Positions 47,921 to 57,389 of a stretch of DNA of 64,000 nucleotides are shown piece after piece; position 1 is the stretch's first letter; every line of letters begins with the position of its first letter. Under the pieces are notes generated by a model. That model was not told where the DNA came from and made no database searches. It saw only the letters and a list, made by a program, of their open reading frames with translations. A program made the position numbers and the translations under genes. Origin of the DNA: an uncultured Eubacteriales bacterium (lineage in GTDB: Bacteria; Bacillota; Clostridia; Peptostreptococcales; JAAYPU01); contig CAYSBC010000002.1 of the NCBI GenBank assembly GCA_964429195.1, positions 10,183 through 74,182 of the forward strand. The letters run 5' to 3'.

Positions 47921-49114
47921 CTATTTAGCCTTTTTAAATTTATCTTTTAACTCTTTCTCTTTTTCCTTAAGCTTATCCCTTAATTCCTTTTCTTCTTTTT
48001 TAAGTCTTTCTTTTAATTCTTTTTCTCTAAGCTTTTCCCTATTTTTTTCTTCCTTTAGCCTATCCTTTAACTCTTTTCCCTCATCCTTAAGCTTATCCCT
48101 TAATTCCTTTTCTATTTTAAGTCTTTCTTTTAATTCTTTTTCTCTAAATTTTTCCCTGTTTTTTTCTTCCTTTGATCTACCCTTTAACTCTTCTTCCTCA
48201 TCTTTAAGCTTATTTCTTAACTCCTTTTCCTCCTTTTCTCGATCTTTAAGTTCTTCTCTTATGCCTTTTATAGCATCTAATAACCCTTTCTTTTCTTGTT
48301 GATGAGTCATTCTTTCTTCTTTGCTGACTATCCCCTTATCACTTCTACTATTTTCTTCTGTAAGAGCATCCTTATATTCATTATAACGAGATACGAGTTC
48401 GTAAGTCGTCATTTTTTCATTTTCAACTTCTTGATGACTTAACCCTATCTTTTCCTCTATGATAACTTCGCCGGGAGATTTTTTCAATTTTTGAGCTTTT
48501 TCAAAGGTTTCAACATCACTATCCACATATTCAACTTTGATAGATTGAACATCTTTTGTAGACTCAGCAATTTGTTTTGATAATTCTTCCTTGTACAATT
48601 CACCTTTTATATCTGTAATCGAAATGATTATTCCATTATCTTTTTCAGAAGCAATATACCCTTCCTCTATTGCAACTACAATAAGACTGTTGATAGCATC
48701 ATGAACATTCATTTTTAAGACTTCTTTTTTGGAAAGCAAGGCTTCCCCATCATCATTTAATGAATGTGCTCCAATCACCTTCATTTGCTTATTATAGGTT
48801 AATTCTACGCTAGGATTAATATCAATGTTGACATGACCTGCGACTTGGTTGGTCTGATAATAGTTTATGCTCGGAAATATCATAATGATGAATAAGATGG
48901 CCATGATAGAAAATCGTACTCTATATTGTTTCCATTGTAATTTAGGTAGTTCCCAATTAAAGATGGATTTGTTCATTTCAATTTCATCACCGCATTCATA
49001 ATTCATTGAATTTTTTAATCGAACCTTTTTATAATCACCTGCCTTTGTTAATACAACGGCATGGTTTCCTATTATTTCTAAAATAATTCCCTTCACTCTT
49101 ATCACCTCCATCAT
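47921..49114 (-). CDS. RsgI-like anti-sigma-I factor with a K/E-rich repeat C-terminus
   Basis: Start at the ATGATG at 49114/49111, overlapping the sigI-like stop (ATGA). N-terminus MEVIRVKGIILEIIGNHAVVLTKAGDYKKV is RsgI_N-like. One TM segment (FSIMAILFIIMIF), then a juxtamembrane domain, then about 130 aa of KELKDRLKEEKNREK-type repeats. Confidence 0.75.
   Translation of the reverse strand: MMEVIRVKGIILEIIGNHAVVLTKAGDYKKVRLKNSMNYECGDEIEMNKSIFNWELPKLQWKQYRVRFSIMAILFIIMIFPSINYYQTNQVAGHVNIDINPSVELTYNKQMKVIGAHSLNDDGEALLSKKEVLKMNVHDAINSLIVVAIEEGYIASEKDNGIIISITDIKGELYKEELSKQIAESTKDVQSIKVEYVDSDVETFEKAQKLKKSPGEVIIEEKIGLSHQEVENEKMTTYELVSRYNEYKDALTEENSRSDKGIVSKEERMTHQQEKKGLLDAIKGIREELKDREKEEKELRNKLKDEEEELKGRSKEEKNREKFREKELKERLKIEKELRDKLKDEGKELKDRLKEEKNREKLREKELKERLKKEEKELRDKLKEKEKELKDKFKKAK
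47935..48250. repeat. Coding tandem repeat with a 117-120-nt unit, about 2.7 copies
   Basis: ccttaagcttatcccttaattccttttct recurs at 47965 and 48085. The offset is 120 nt, falling to 117 nt after a 3-nt indel. A third, more diverged copy starts near 48180. Confidence 0.8.
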
Positions 49115-49788
49115 TCTATATAGTCGCTTAAATATATGAATCTCGGATCCATCAATATCATACATGCTATGATAAAGCTTCTTCCTCTTTCAATTTTCTT
49201 CCGATTGACCCCATAAACATCAGACAATTTTTGTATGGGTAATCTTTTATTCTTTTTCACTTCCACCAACAGCTCACAATGCTCATATATGTATCGACTC
49301 ATCTCTTTGTAGAGGTCCTTTAATTTCTTGCTTTTAGGTGAAGACTTCGCTAGTTCTATAAAATCCACATTCCAATAAGATAATTCTTTCTTGTATTCAT
49401 GAATAACCTCAACCCTTTTATCCTTATCCATTTGCTCATAGTATTTCTCGACAGATTTTTCATTCACTTCCATATGATTTTCATCAATTGCACCATAAAC
49501 AGGGTTTGCCTTTTCTTTTCGATAATAATCAATGACCCTCTGCCTGATGATAATCCTTGCTAAGTTTATAAATGCTCCCTTTTCTCGGTTATAACCTTGG
49601 ACAGCTTCGGCAAAGGCCAACATTCCTGTTGTCATAAGCTCATCACTGGAGCTATCAATTGATTTATTCTCTATTTTGGACAATTCTGAGGCAATAAATG
49701 GCTTATATTTATGTATTAACAGGTTCAATTCATCTTCATTATTTTTTGCTTTTAGTACAAGCTCAGTCAATTCGCTATACTGCTCCAT
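49111..49788 (-). CDS. sigI: SigI-like RNA polymerase sigma factor
   Basis: Start at the ATG at 49788 (MEQYSELTELV), with AAGGAGG upstream. About 225 aa. Family-like N-terminus NEDELNLLIHKYKPFI and region 4 near the C-terminus. Translationally coupled to the RsgI-like gene. Confidence 0.75.
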   Translation of the reverse strand: MEQYSELTELVLKAKNNEDELNLLIHKYKPFIASELSKIENKSIDSSSDELMTTGMLAFAEAVQGYNREKGAFINLARIIIRQRVIDYYRKEKANPVYGAIDENHMEVNEKSVEKYYEQMDKDKRVEVIHEYKKELSYWNVDFIELAKSSPKSKKLKDLYKEMSRYIYEHCELLVEVKKNKRLPIQKLSDVYGVNRKKIERGRSFIIACMILMDPRFIYLSDYIE

Positions 49789-49813
49789 AATTACCTCCTT
49801 TTTTACTACATTC

Positions 49814-49842
49814 ATTATACGTCATTCTATTTTACATAACAA
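49814..49842 (-). promoter_or_regulatory. Sigma-A-type promoter upstream of the sigI-like gene (TTGTTA-17-TATAAT)
   Basis: On the minus strand, TTGTTA (49842-49837), a 17-nt spacer, then TATAAT (49819-49814). Confidence 0.45.
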
Positions 49843-50170
49843 AAAGTAATAAAAAAGTAATAAAAAAGTTTTTGAATAGTAGAATATCACCCTAAGACGG
49901 GTCTAGGGTCCTAGGGTGATATCTGTGTTGCTAAGTTCGTATTTTTAATACGTACTTAATACTAGGGTATTTCCATTTAGGGCATTGGATATTCTATTGG
50001 GGTATATAGAACATCCTATTTGGGTCTTACACTATAGGTTCCGTAAAGGATATGTTAAAAAGTGAGGTAATAAAAAAATAAATATTTTTTAAAGTAGTAA
50101 ACTCATTACAATTTAGAATACTACAACTTGTTTGGGAGAAAATAAAATAAGCAGATAAATGAATGGAGGA

Positions 50171-51043
50171 ATGATGATGCATACAGTTTTTAAAGGATCC
50201 ATTAGCTTTGGTCTTGTCAATATACCTATAAAAATGTTTGCGGCAACTGAGGAAAAGGACATACGCTTTCGAACACTTCATAAAAAATGTCACTCACCTA
50301 TAAAGTATGAAAAGAAATGCCCTCATTGCAATGAAGAAGTAAAACAGGAGGATCTTGTTAAGGGCTTTGAATATGAGCCGGGTAAATTTGTCATTATCTT
50401 GGAAGAAGATATTGAGGCAGCCAAAGAGGATGTCAAGGCACATACTATCGAAATATTAGACTTTGTTAACTTGGATGAAATTGATCCCATCTATTTTGAT
50501 AAAACTTATTATATTGCACCACAACCCGAGTCTTCAGCAAATGCAAAGGCCTATAATCTCCTCCGGGAGGCCATGAAGCAATCGAATCGTATCGCTATTT
50601 CACAACTGACTATGCGCAATAAGCAAATATTAGCCGCTCTTCGAGTCTTTAACAATGTTGTGATCTTAGAAACACTATTTTACCCGGATGAGGTACGCCC
50701 AGTTTCGGAAGTTCCGGCTTTGCCCGAGGATACAACAACAGATAAAAAGGAGATGGAGATAGCCTCCATGGTTATCGATAATCTGACTGCCAAATTCGAC
50801 CCTGGAAAATATAAAGATAATTATAGGGAGGCATTGCGCAATGTGATTGAAAACAAAATTAAAGGAAAGCAAACTGTTACAGCTTCAGAAGCTCCTCAAA
50901 CAAGCAATGTCATTGATCTCATGGAGGCTTTGCAAGCCAGCTTAAAGGAAACAGAAAAATCAAAACCAAAAGAAGCAAATAAGGCTAAAACTACAGCAAA
51001 GGATAAAATCACAGCAAAGCCTAAAAGAAAAACAGGCAGTTAA
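50171..51043 (+). CDS. ku: Ku protein (non-homologous end joining)
   Basis: MHTVFKGSISFGLVNIPIKMFAAT is a canonical bacterial Ku N-terminus. Lys-rich tail. GGAGGA at 50165-50170 is followed by three in-frame ATGs, so the exact start is uncertain. Confidence 0.9.
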   Translation: MMMHTVFKGSISFGLVNIPIKMFAATEEKDIRFRTLHKKCHSPIKYEKKCPHCNEEVKQEDLVKGFEYEPGKFVIILEEDIEAAKEDVKAHTIEILDFVNLDEIDPIYFDKTYYIAPQPESSANAKAYNLLREAMKQSNRIAISQLTMRNKQILAALRVFNNVVILETLFYPDEVRPVSEVPALPEDTTTDKKEMEIASMVIDNLTAKFDPGKYKDNYREALRNVIENKIKGKQTVTASEAPQTSNVIDLMEALQASLKETEKSKPKEANKAKTTAKDKITAKPKRKTGS

Positions 51044-51964
51044 ATGATCCAGTGCATGGAGCCTCTTATCCGACAAGATATTATCCTCGATAAAGATTTT
51101 ATCCACCAGATAAAATGGGATGGCATAAGAGGATTATCCCAAATACGCAATAACAATATAGCCATCTATACGAAAAAGGGGTTGAATTGTACAGATTCTT
51201 ATCCAGAATTATTTCAACTGCCTGAACAATTAAAGGCTTCCCAAGCTATTTTGGATGGAGAATTAGTCGTATTTAATGATGAGGGAATACCCTCTTTTTA
51301 TCGCTCTTTAAAAAGAAACCGTACTAAAAATCCATTGCATGTACAAGGATTGCTTCACGATTATCCTGTCAAATATATTTTATTTGACCTACTTGAATTG
51401 AATAATGAAAACCTAAGAAATAAAACCCTGACAGAAAGGCAAAAAATTTTACGAAATTGCTTTCAGCCTTCAGCTACTGCCGTTATCACGGATAATTTTT
51501 TAGATGGAAGCAGTCTTCTTGAGCTTATTAAAGAAAAAGGTATGGAAGGTATTGTCTCTAAAAGGGCAAGCAGTCCCTATATTCCGGGTAAAGTTCACAC
51601 CGATTGGTTTAAAATAAAAATAAAGAAGAAAATTCTTTGTGTTATCATGGGAATCAAACTCAAAAATAATATTCTTGCTTCTCTCTCTTTAGGTATTTAT
51701 GAAGATAAAACCCTCGTACACATTGGTCATGTTTCTTCCGGATTAACCCAGAAGGATCTAAAAATACTCAATGAGTCCGTACTCAGTAATCAGGCAATTG
51801 CCAAGGAAATTCATAATGACAGGATTGACCTTGAGCCCCTTTTAACCTGCTGGGTTCTCTTTTCAGAATGGACTGACAAAGGGACCTTGCGCCATCCTGT
51901 ATTCATTGGGTTTAGCCATGATCCGGTATTAAAAGCCAGTGGAAGGGAAATTGTATATGAATGA
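51044..51964 (+). CDS. ATP-dependent DNA ligase (stand-alone LigD ligase domain)
   Basis: 306 aa. Adenylation motif I IKWDGIRG, EGIVSKR, and an OB-fold C-terminus. The ATG directly follows the ku stop. Confidence 0.85.
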   Translation: MIQCMEPLIRQDIILDKDFIHQIKWDGIRGLSQIRNNNIAIYTKKGLNCTDSYPELFQLPEQLKASQAILDGELVVFNDEGIPSFYRSLKRNRTKNPLHVQGLLHDYPVKYILFDLLELNNENLRNKTLTERQKILRNCFQPSATAVITDNFLDGSSLLELIKEKGMEGIVSKRASSPYIPGKVHTDWFKIKIKKKILCVIMGIKLKNNILASLSLGIYEDKTLVHIGHVSSGLTQKDLKILNESVLSNQAIAKEIHNDRIDLEPLLTCWVLFSEWTDKGTLRHPVFIGFSHDPVLKASGREIVYE

Positions 51965-52853
51965 ATTAATTGTTGAGGGACAAAAAATTAAAATCACCAA
52001 CCCAGAAAAGCTATTATGGCCAGAGGTTCAAATAAGAAAAATTGATTATCTTCAATACTTGATCCAAATTGCACCTTACTTATTATCCCATACCAAGGAT
52101 AGGGTATTGACCTCTATACGCTATCCCAATGGCATCGGCAAACCTTCATTTTATCAAAAACATTTACCCAAGAAGGCACCCGACTTTGTTGACACCTTGA
52201 AAATCGATGGCGATACTTTTATCAACTTAAACAGCTTGCCTACACTCTTATGGCTTGGAAATTTAGCGGCACTTGAATTTCATACTACCTTTAACCGTGG
52301 CAATGAAAATGAATTGACCTCTTTAGTCTTTGATTTAGACCCATCGGAGGGTCAGTCCTTTGATGATGTCCGACAATGTGCCCTTCTTATCCATCAAGAA
52401 TTGCAAAATTTAGGTATAAAAGCTTACCCTAAGACAAGCGGAGCAACAGGACTTCAAATTTTCATTCCCACTAAAAAATATACATTTGAACAAGCTCGAA
52501 AAATAAATACCTTCTTCGGGAAATACTTTGTTCAAAAGTACCCAGAAAAAATGACCATTGAACGCCAAATAAAAAAAAGGGGTTCCTTACTTTATTTTGA
52601 TTATCTTCAAATGTGGCGAGGTAAAAACATCATATCGGTTTATTCTCCAAGAGCAGTTCCTCATGCAAATCTATCCATGCCTATAGAATGGAATGAACTC
52701 GAAGTCGGTTTAAGTCCTAGCAGCTTCACATTGATGAATGCAGCGGAACGGCTTTCAAAAAAGGGTGACTTGTTTGATGCCATCGAAAAATTTCATGCTA
52801 TCAACCATTCCACCCTTTTAGATCAAATATTATATAACGAAAAACATGTTTAG
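51957..52853 (+). CDS. LigD polymerase/primase domain protein (stand-alone)
   Basis: Start at the ATG at 51957 (MNELIVEG), overlapping the ligase gene by 8 nt. Motifs KLLWPE, LVFDLDP and KTSGATGLQIF are typical of LigD-Pol. Confidence 0.85.
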   Translation: MNELIVEGQKIKITNPEKLLWPEVQIRKIDYLQYLIQIAPYLLSHTKDRVLTSIRYPNGIGKPSFYQKHLPKKAPDFVDTLKIDGDTFINLNSLPTLLWLGNLAALEFHTTFNRGNENELTSLVFDLDPSEGQSFDDVRQCALLIHQELQNLGIKAYPKTSGATGLQIFIPTKKYTFEQARKINTFFGKYFVQKYPEKMTIERQIKKRGSLLYFDYLQMWRGKNIISVYSPRAVPHANLSMPIEWNELEVGLSPSSFTLMNAAERLSKKGDLFDAIEKFHAINHSTLLDQILYNEKHV

Positions 52854-54838
52854 ATTTGATGGCCTAAAACAAAGCCGTCCTTGATTCCATCTATAGCTTT
52901 TCTTGGTTTGCTCGCATCACCTATAAGATACACTTCAGGAATTTTCTGTTCTAAGTCTTTAAATAACTGGTTTTCAGATTTTGCGCCGATGGCTACGGCT
53001 ACCGTGTCACACCCTATCTTCTCTACCTTGCCATCCTTGCTTTCAATGATGACACCATCATCCTCAATACTCTTGACAGTCGTCAATGTCCTCACATCTA
53101 CGTGGGCTTTTTTTATCTTATCAAGCAAAATCCACTTTGTAGAAGGACCTATATCACGTCCTATGGATTTTTCCATTTCAATAACAACTACATCTTTTGT
53201 ACCTTTTGTTGCCAGTTCTACAATTCTTTCCGGTGTTTCGGCTTTATTTAATAAGAGGAATTTGACTGTTTCAGCATCGATTGTACCCATAGCAGCCAAA
53301 TAAGATGCTGTTTCTAAGCCTACAGCTCCTCCTCCTATGACAACAATCTTTTGACCCGGAATATATTTTTTATTTAAAATATTCCATGCTGCTGTAACAT
53401 GAGGTTTCTCTATACCCGGAATCGATGGAATAATTGGCTCCGCACCAGTAGCTACAATCACCGCATCGGGTTTAAAAGATAATATCTTTTCTACAGTAGC
53501 TTCCATGTTGAATTCTACGTGAACTCCGGCAGCATAAAGGTTGCATTCCGAATCTTCAACTAAATTCAAAAAATCCTGTCTTCCCGGGGTTGCACCGGCT
53601 AAAAGGGCTTGACCGCCTAATTCATCGCTTTTTTCCCAAAGAGTGACCTCATGACCTCTTTGGGCTGCTACAATGGCTGCTTCCATCCCGGATACGCCTC
53701 CACCGATAACCAATACCTTTTTGATTTTCTCTGTATTTTCTAAAGAGTATTCTAATTCTTTACCTGCTCGAGCATTGACTAAGCATTCGGTTTCCCTGTT
53801 CCTAAAAACATTATCAAGGCATCCTTGGTTACAGCCAATACACCTTCTTATTTCGTCCATTCTGTTTTGCGCCGTTTTAACAGGTAGATAAGGATCGGCC
53901 AAAAGTCCTCTCGCCATGCCAATCATGTCCACACCGCCATTTTGTAAAATCTCTTCCCCATCAAATGGATTATTGATTCTGTTACAGGCGATAACCGGAA
54001 GATTGGTTGCTTTTCTGATACTTTGTGCTAAATAAACATAGGCTCCATTAGGGACATCCATCGTTATCTGTGGTACTGGAGATTCATGCCATCCCCCGGT
54101 AACGTTGAAAGCATCCACGCCTAATTTCCCTAATTCTTTGACGAGGTCGATTACTTCTTCATTGGGTATACCATTGACCATAAAATCATTGCCTGAAATC
54201 CTGAAGATTATAGGCATACTTCCAACCTTTTCTCGAACCTCATGGAATACTTCTAAACAAAATCGCATGCGATTGGCAAAGGATCCACCGTATTCATCTG
54301 TCCTTTTATTGGTTAAAGGAGATAAAAACTCACTGATGAGATAACCTGCACTTCCAATGATTTCAACAGCATCATAGCCGGCTTTTTTCACTCTTACAGC
54401 TGCTTGACCGAATCGGTCAATGACTTGTTTTATATCGCCAACGCTTAGCTCCTTAGGCTCTTCCCTTGTCAATCCTGAAGCCAAGGACGAAGGGGCTAAG
54501 GATTGAAGTCCTGTTACCGCAGAGGAAGAGTACCTGCCGGGGTGAAATAATTGGGCAGCAATTTTACTTCCGGATTCCTTTACAGCTTGGGTAAGTTTTT
54601 GATGCCCCGGGATATATGCATCTTTACTTAAAGAAAGACTGTCCATATAACCATGTCCGTCAATAGGACAATTCCCCACGATAATAAGGGCTGCTCCACC
54701 CTTTGCTCTTTCCCTGTAAAATTCTACTATCTGATCAGAAACATAGCCTCCTTTACAATAACCTAATTGCATGGGAAGCATCACAATGCGATTCTTAAGC
54801 TCCATATTCGAAATATGAGTAGAAGATAATAATTTCAT
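52850..54838 (-). CDS. OYE-family NADH:flavin oxidoreductase with a C-terminal FAD/NAD(P) domain (2-enoate reductase / 2,4-dienoyl-CoA reductase-like)
   Basis: 662 aa. OYE TIM-barrel N-terminus, [4Fe-4S] motif CIGCNQGC, and two Rossmann motifs GGGVSGME and GGGAVGLE. Confidence 0.85.
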   Translation of the reverse strand: MKLLSSTHISNMELKNRIVMLPMQLGYCKGGYVSDQIVEFYRERAKGGAALIIVGNCPIDGHGYMDSLSLSKDAYIPGHQKLTQAVKESGSKIAAQLFHPGRYSSSAVTGLQSLAPSSLASGLTREEPKELSVGDIKQVIDRFGQAAVRVKKAGYDAVEIIGSAGYLISEFLSPLTNKRTDEYGGSFANRMRFCLEVFHEVREKVGSMPIIFRISGNDFMVNGIPNEEVIDLVKELGKLGVDAFNVTGGWHESPVPQITMDVPNGAYVYLAQSIRKATNLPVIACNRINNPFDGEEILQNGGVDMIGMARGLLADPYLPVKTAQNRMDEIRRCIGCNQGCLDNVFRNRETECLVNARAGKELEYSLENTEKIKKVLVIGGGVSGMEAAIVAAQRGHEVTLWEKSDELGGQALLAGATPGRQDFLNLVEDSECNLYAAGVHVEFNMEATVEKILSFKPDAVIVATGAEPIIPSIPGIEKPHVTAAWNILNKKYIPGQKIVVIGGGAVGLETASYLAAMGTIDAETVKFLLLNKAETPERIVELATKGTKDVVVIEMEKSIGRDIGPSTKWILLDKIKKAHVDVRTLTTVKSIEDDGVIIESKDGKVEKIGCDTVAVAIGAKSENQLFKDLEQKIPEVYLIGDASKPRKAIDGIKDGFVLGHQI

Positions 54839-54940
54839 TTTTCCCCTCCTTAAACCGAAAACCGATTCTATTTTAATATATTTTAATCATATCATATTTG
54901 AACTACCCGAGGTAATAAATATCATGGGTGACTATTAAGA

Positions 54941-55924
54941 CTACAAAACTATCTTTATACCATATCCACAATCCGGACAAACATTATCATGAATCATCAT
55001 CTTGGATGAAAAGCCAGTCCGCTCTATTAAAATTTTCTTACACTGTGGACAGTAAGTCGAATGATTCATATCGACATTGCCTACATACACATAATTTAAA
55101 TACTTTTCGGCAATTTTCTTATCTGCAAGCATCACTTCAATATCTGTAGCCGGTCGATTCATTTTGTATGTTGGAAAATACCTGGATAAATGCAATGGAA
55201 TGTTTTTATCCAGCTCTCCCAAATAGGATGCCACTTTTGCTATCTCTTCCTCCGAGTCGTTGAGCCCATTGACAAGCAAAGTGGTAATTTCCACATGACA
55301 TCTTTCAAAAGCCTCCTCAATGGTTCTTTTTACGAATTCCAGATGCCCTCCACAAACTTTCTTATAGAAATCCTCTTGAAAAGCCTTTAAATCAATGTTC
55401 ATTGCATCAACGAAAGGTAAGAGTTTTTTTAGGGGCTCTGTCTCTATATAGCCATTGGTGACAAGAACAATGCTAAGATGAGGATATGTTTCTTTTAATT
55501 TTTTTGAAGTGTCAAGAACGTATTCATACCAAATTGAAGGTTCATTATAGGTAAAAGCAATACCTATATTATCATCGAATCTTAAAGCTATTTTGATGAG
55601 CTCTTCAGGAGAAAGATAATTGCTTTCCGGCTGTCCCTGGGCAATAGAATAATTTTGGCAAAAATCACATGTAAAATTGCATCCAAAACTACCTGCAGAT
55701 AAGATGTTTTTTGTAGGCTTAAAGTGATAAAGGGGTTTTTTTTCAATAGGATCCATTGCAATCGACGTAATCTCACCGTAATTAATTGTTTTCAGGCTAC
55801 CGTTTTTATTGGCCCTGACAGAACAAAGCCCATATTGGTTTTTACCTAGGACGCAGTGATGAGGACATAAAAGGCATCGCAGTTTATCCCTAAATTCTTC
55901 ATAAAACAATGCTTCCACTATCAT
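54941..55924 (-). CDS. AmmeMemoRadiSam system radical SAM enzyme (AmrS-like)
   Basis: 327 aa. N-terminal Cys cluster CLLCPHHC...GLC, the radical SAM motif CNFTCDFCQN, and a C-terminal CPQC...CPDC. Confidence 0.8.
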   Translation of the reverse strand: MIVEALFYEEFRDKLRCLLCPHHCVLGKNQYGLCSVRANKNGSLKTINYGEITSIAMDPIEKKPLYHFKPTKNILSAGSFGCNFTCDFCQNYSIAQGQPESNYLSPEELIKIALRFDDNIGIAFTYNEPSIWYEYVLDTSKKLKETYPHLSIVLVTNGYIETEPLKKLLPFVDAMNIDLKAFQEDFYKKVCGGHLEFVKRTIEEAFERCHVEITTLLVNGLNDSEEEIAKVASYLGELDKNIPLHLSRYFPTYKMNRPATDIEVMLADKKIAEKYLNYVYVGNVDMNHSTYCPQCKKILIERTGFSSKMMIHDNVCPDCGYGIKIVL

Positions 55925-55934
55925 TCCATCACCC

Positions 55935-57359
55935 TCATTCTGAATCTATTTCTTTATGGCGTATCACTTCAAATTTTTCTATTTTATAATCTGCATAAGG
56001 CGATATATTTCCCTTTTGAAGTGCAATATCCAGCTGCCTTTCTACGGTATCAACACCCTCTAAATCCGGTAGTAATAGCCCCGATTTTAAACCACTTCTT
56101 ACGATAACGCCATATTTCTTAGGATCCAATTCATCTTTTGAAGCCTTTTCAGGATTTGTAATCACATCCACAGAAAAATCTATACTTGGAAGCTCTTCTT
56201 GGCTAACAGGATCAAATCGTGGATCATGCTCACCTGCTTGAATCGCATTTCGAATAATTTCTTCAGCGATGCTGGCAGTTGTCGGAAATACAGTTCCAAT
56301 GCATCCCCGCAATTGCCCTTCCTTCTTAAGGGTCACAAATACACCCCTTTTGTTGCTCTTCATTTCATCGGTTACGTAGGATGGGATTTTCATAGGCTTC
56401 CCATGTTCTAAATAGTGGGTAAGGCTCTCTCGAGCCAGCTTGGCATAAGGATTTTTTGTATTGAGTTTGGCCTTGAATAGCTTTTCATTTTCTTCTATTA
56501 GACGAGCATACATATTCTCCTTACTTTTCTCCAAGGAAAACTTCATCACGGCATATCCGACACCGAAAACCCCCTCATAAGCAAGAAGTTGTCCGGAAAT
56601 GGCATAGCCATCCATTGCTCCCAACATGATATAGTAAGATCTGAGTCCGCACTCTCCGGCTTCTTCTATCATAGTTGGGTCCATGTTAAATATGCCGGCC
56701 ACATCACCTCGTGTTAATAGAGATACAATCTCATTATCAAATTTCTCACCATAAGGGCTATAGGCATAGGACCCATCTTCAATAAGCCTATGGGACAAAT
56801 CACCACTGGCTATCATAACAGCTTTAACATGGCTATCCTTAACCGCTTTTTGTATGCACATTCCAAATCGATAAAGCTCCATTTTAGATAGCATGCCATA
56901 GGTAATGTGAACAATCTTAAAGTCTTGGTAATGCTGATAGATAAAATAGAGTGGCACAAGAGCACCGTGATCCAATTCATAGTTTATGCCATATTGAGAC
57001 GCTGAAGCTTTTGTTATTTTGGCAGTTGGAATGCTGTCCTTTTCGGCATACTCAATTATTCTTTGGGTTAAGTTCTTGTCAACATTCAAAGACAACTTGA
57101 CTTGCGGAGCTCTAAATTTGCTAAAGTCTCCAGCTATTTTGCCCCCGGCAGTTAAGGCCACTGCATCGCTGAACACGGGACCATGGGGCGACACAATAAT
57201 AAGAGTATCCGGCTTGATACTCCCTATTTCTTCCCCAATTTCATGGCAGGCATCCGACGTCTTTTTAACTTTCTTTTCTTCGCCCCTTCCTACTTCATGA
57301 ACAACAATTGGAGGATGAGGCATCGTATAAAAACCATTTATTTCTCCCATCATCATCAC
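55935..57359 (-). CDS. Fusion of a class III extradiol dioxygenase B-like (LigB/Memo-related) domain with an AMMECR1 domain (AmmeMemoRadiSam protein A)
   Basis: 474 aa. N-terminal about 280 aa: PHPP..., SPHGP, GDLSH. C-terminal about 190 aa: RGVFVTLKKEGQLRGCIGT, AEEIIRNAIQAGEHDPRF. Several candidate starts (GTG ATG ATG ATG). Confidence 0.75.
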   Translation of the reverse strand: MMMMGEINGFYTMPHPPIVVHEVGRGEEKKVKKTSDACHEIGEEIGSIKPDTLIIVSPHGPVFSDAVALTAGGKIAGDFSKFRAPQVKLSLNVDKNLTQRIIEYAEKDSIPTAKITKASASQYGINYELDHGALVPLYFIYQHYQDFKIVHITYGMLSKMELYRFGMCIQKAVKDSHVKAVMIASGDLSHRLIEDGSYAYSPYGEKFDNEIVSLLTRGDVAGIFNMDPTMIEEAGECGLRSYYIMLGAMDGYAISGQLLAYEGVFGVGYAVMKFSLEKSKENMYARLIEENEKLFKAKLNTKNPYAKLARESLTHYLEHGKPMKIPSYVTDEMKSNKRGVFVTLKKEGQLRGCIGTVFPTTASIAEEIIRNAIQAGEHDPRFDPVSQEELPSIDFSVDVITNPEKASKDELDPKKYGVIVRSGLKSGLLLPDLEGVDTVERQLDIALQKGNISPYADYKIEKFEVIRHKEIDSE

Positions 57360-57389
57360 CTCTTTTTATTTTTTTAATCTCTCTTTAAA

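Noticed and set aside
47935-48250. The T/C-rich tandem repeat as a non-coding satellite or regulatory array
   Set aside because: It lies inside an uninterrupted reading frame of the RsgI-like gene. The repeat unit is a multiple of 3 nt (117-120 nt, with a 3-nt indel), so it is a coding repeat.
49843-49870. The short AAAAAGTAAT tandem (about 2.5 copies) as a functional repeat
   Set aside because: It is a very short, AT-rich, low-complexity sequence just upstream of the predicted sigI -35. It is more likely an A-tract/UP-like sequence or slippage than a distinct element.
50027-50293. 88-aa minus-strand ORF overlapping the ku start
   Set aside because: It has no RBS and a low-complexity, Cys/Phe-rich, AT-driven composition. 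It overlaps the well-supported ku N-terminus and promoter region, so it is treated as spurious.
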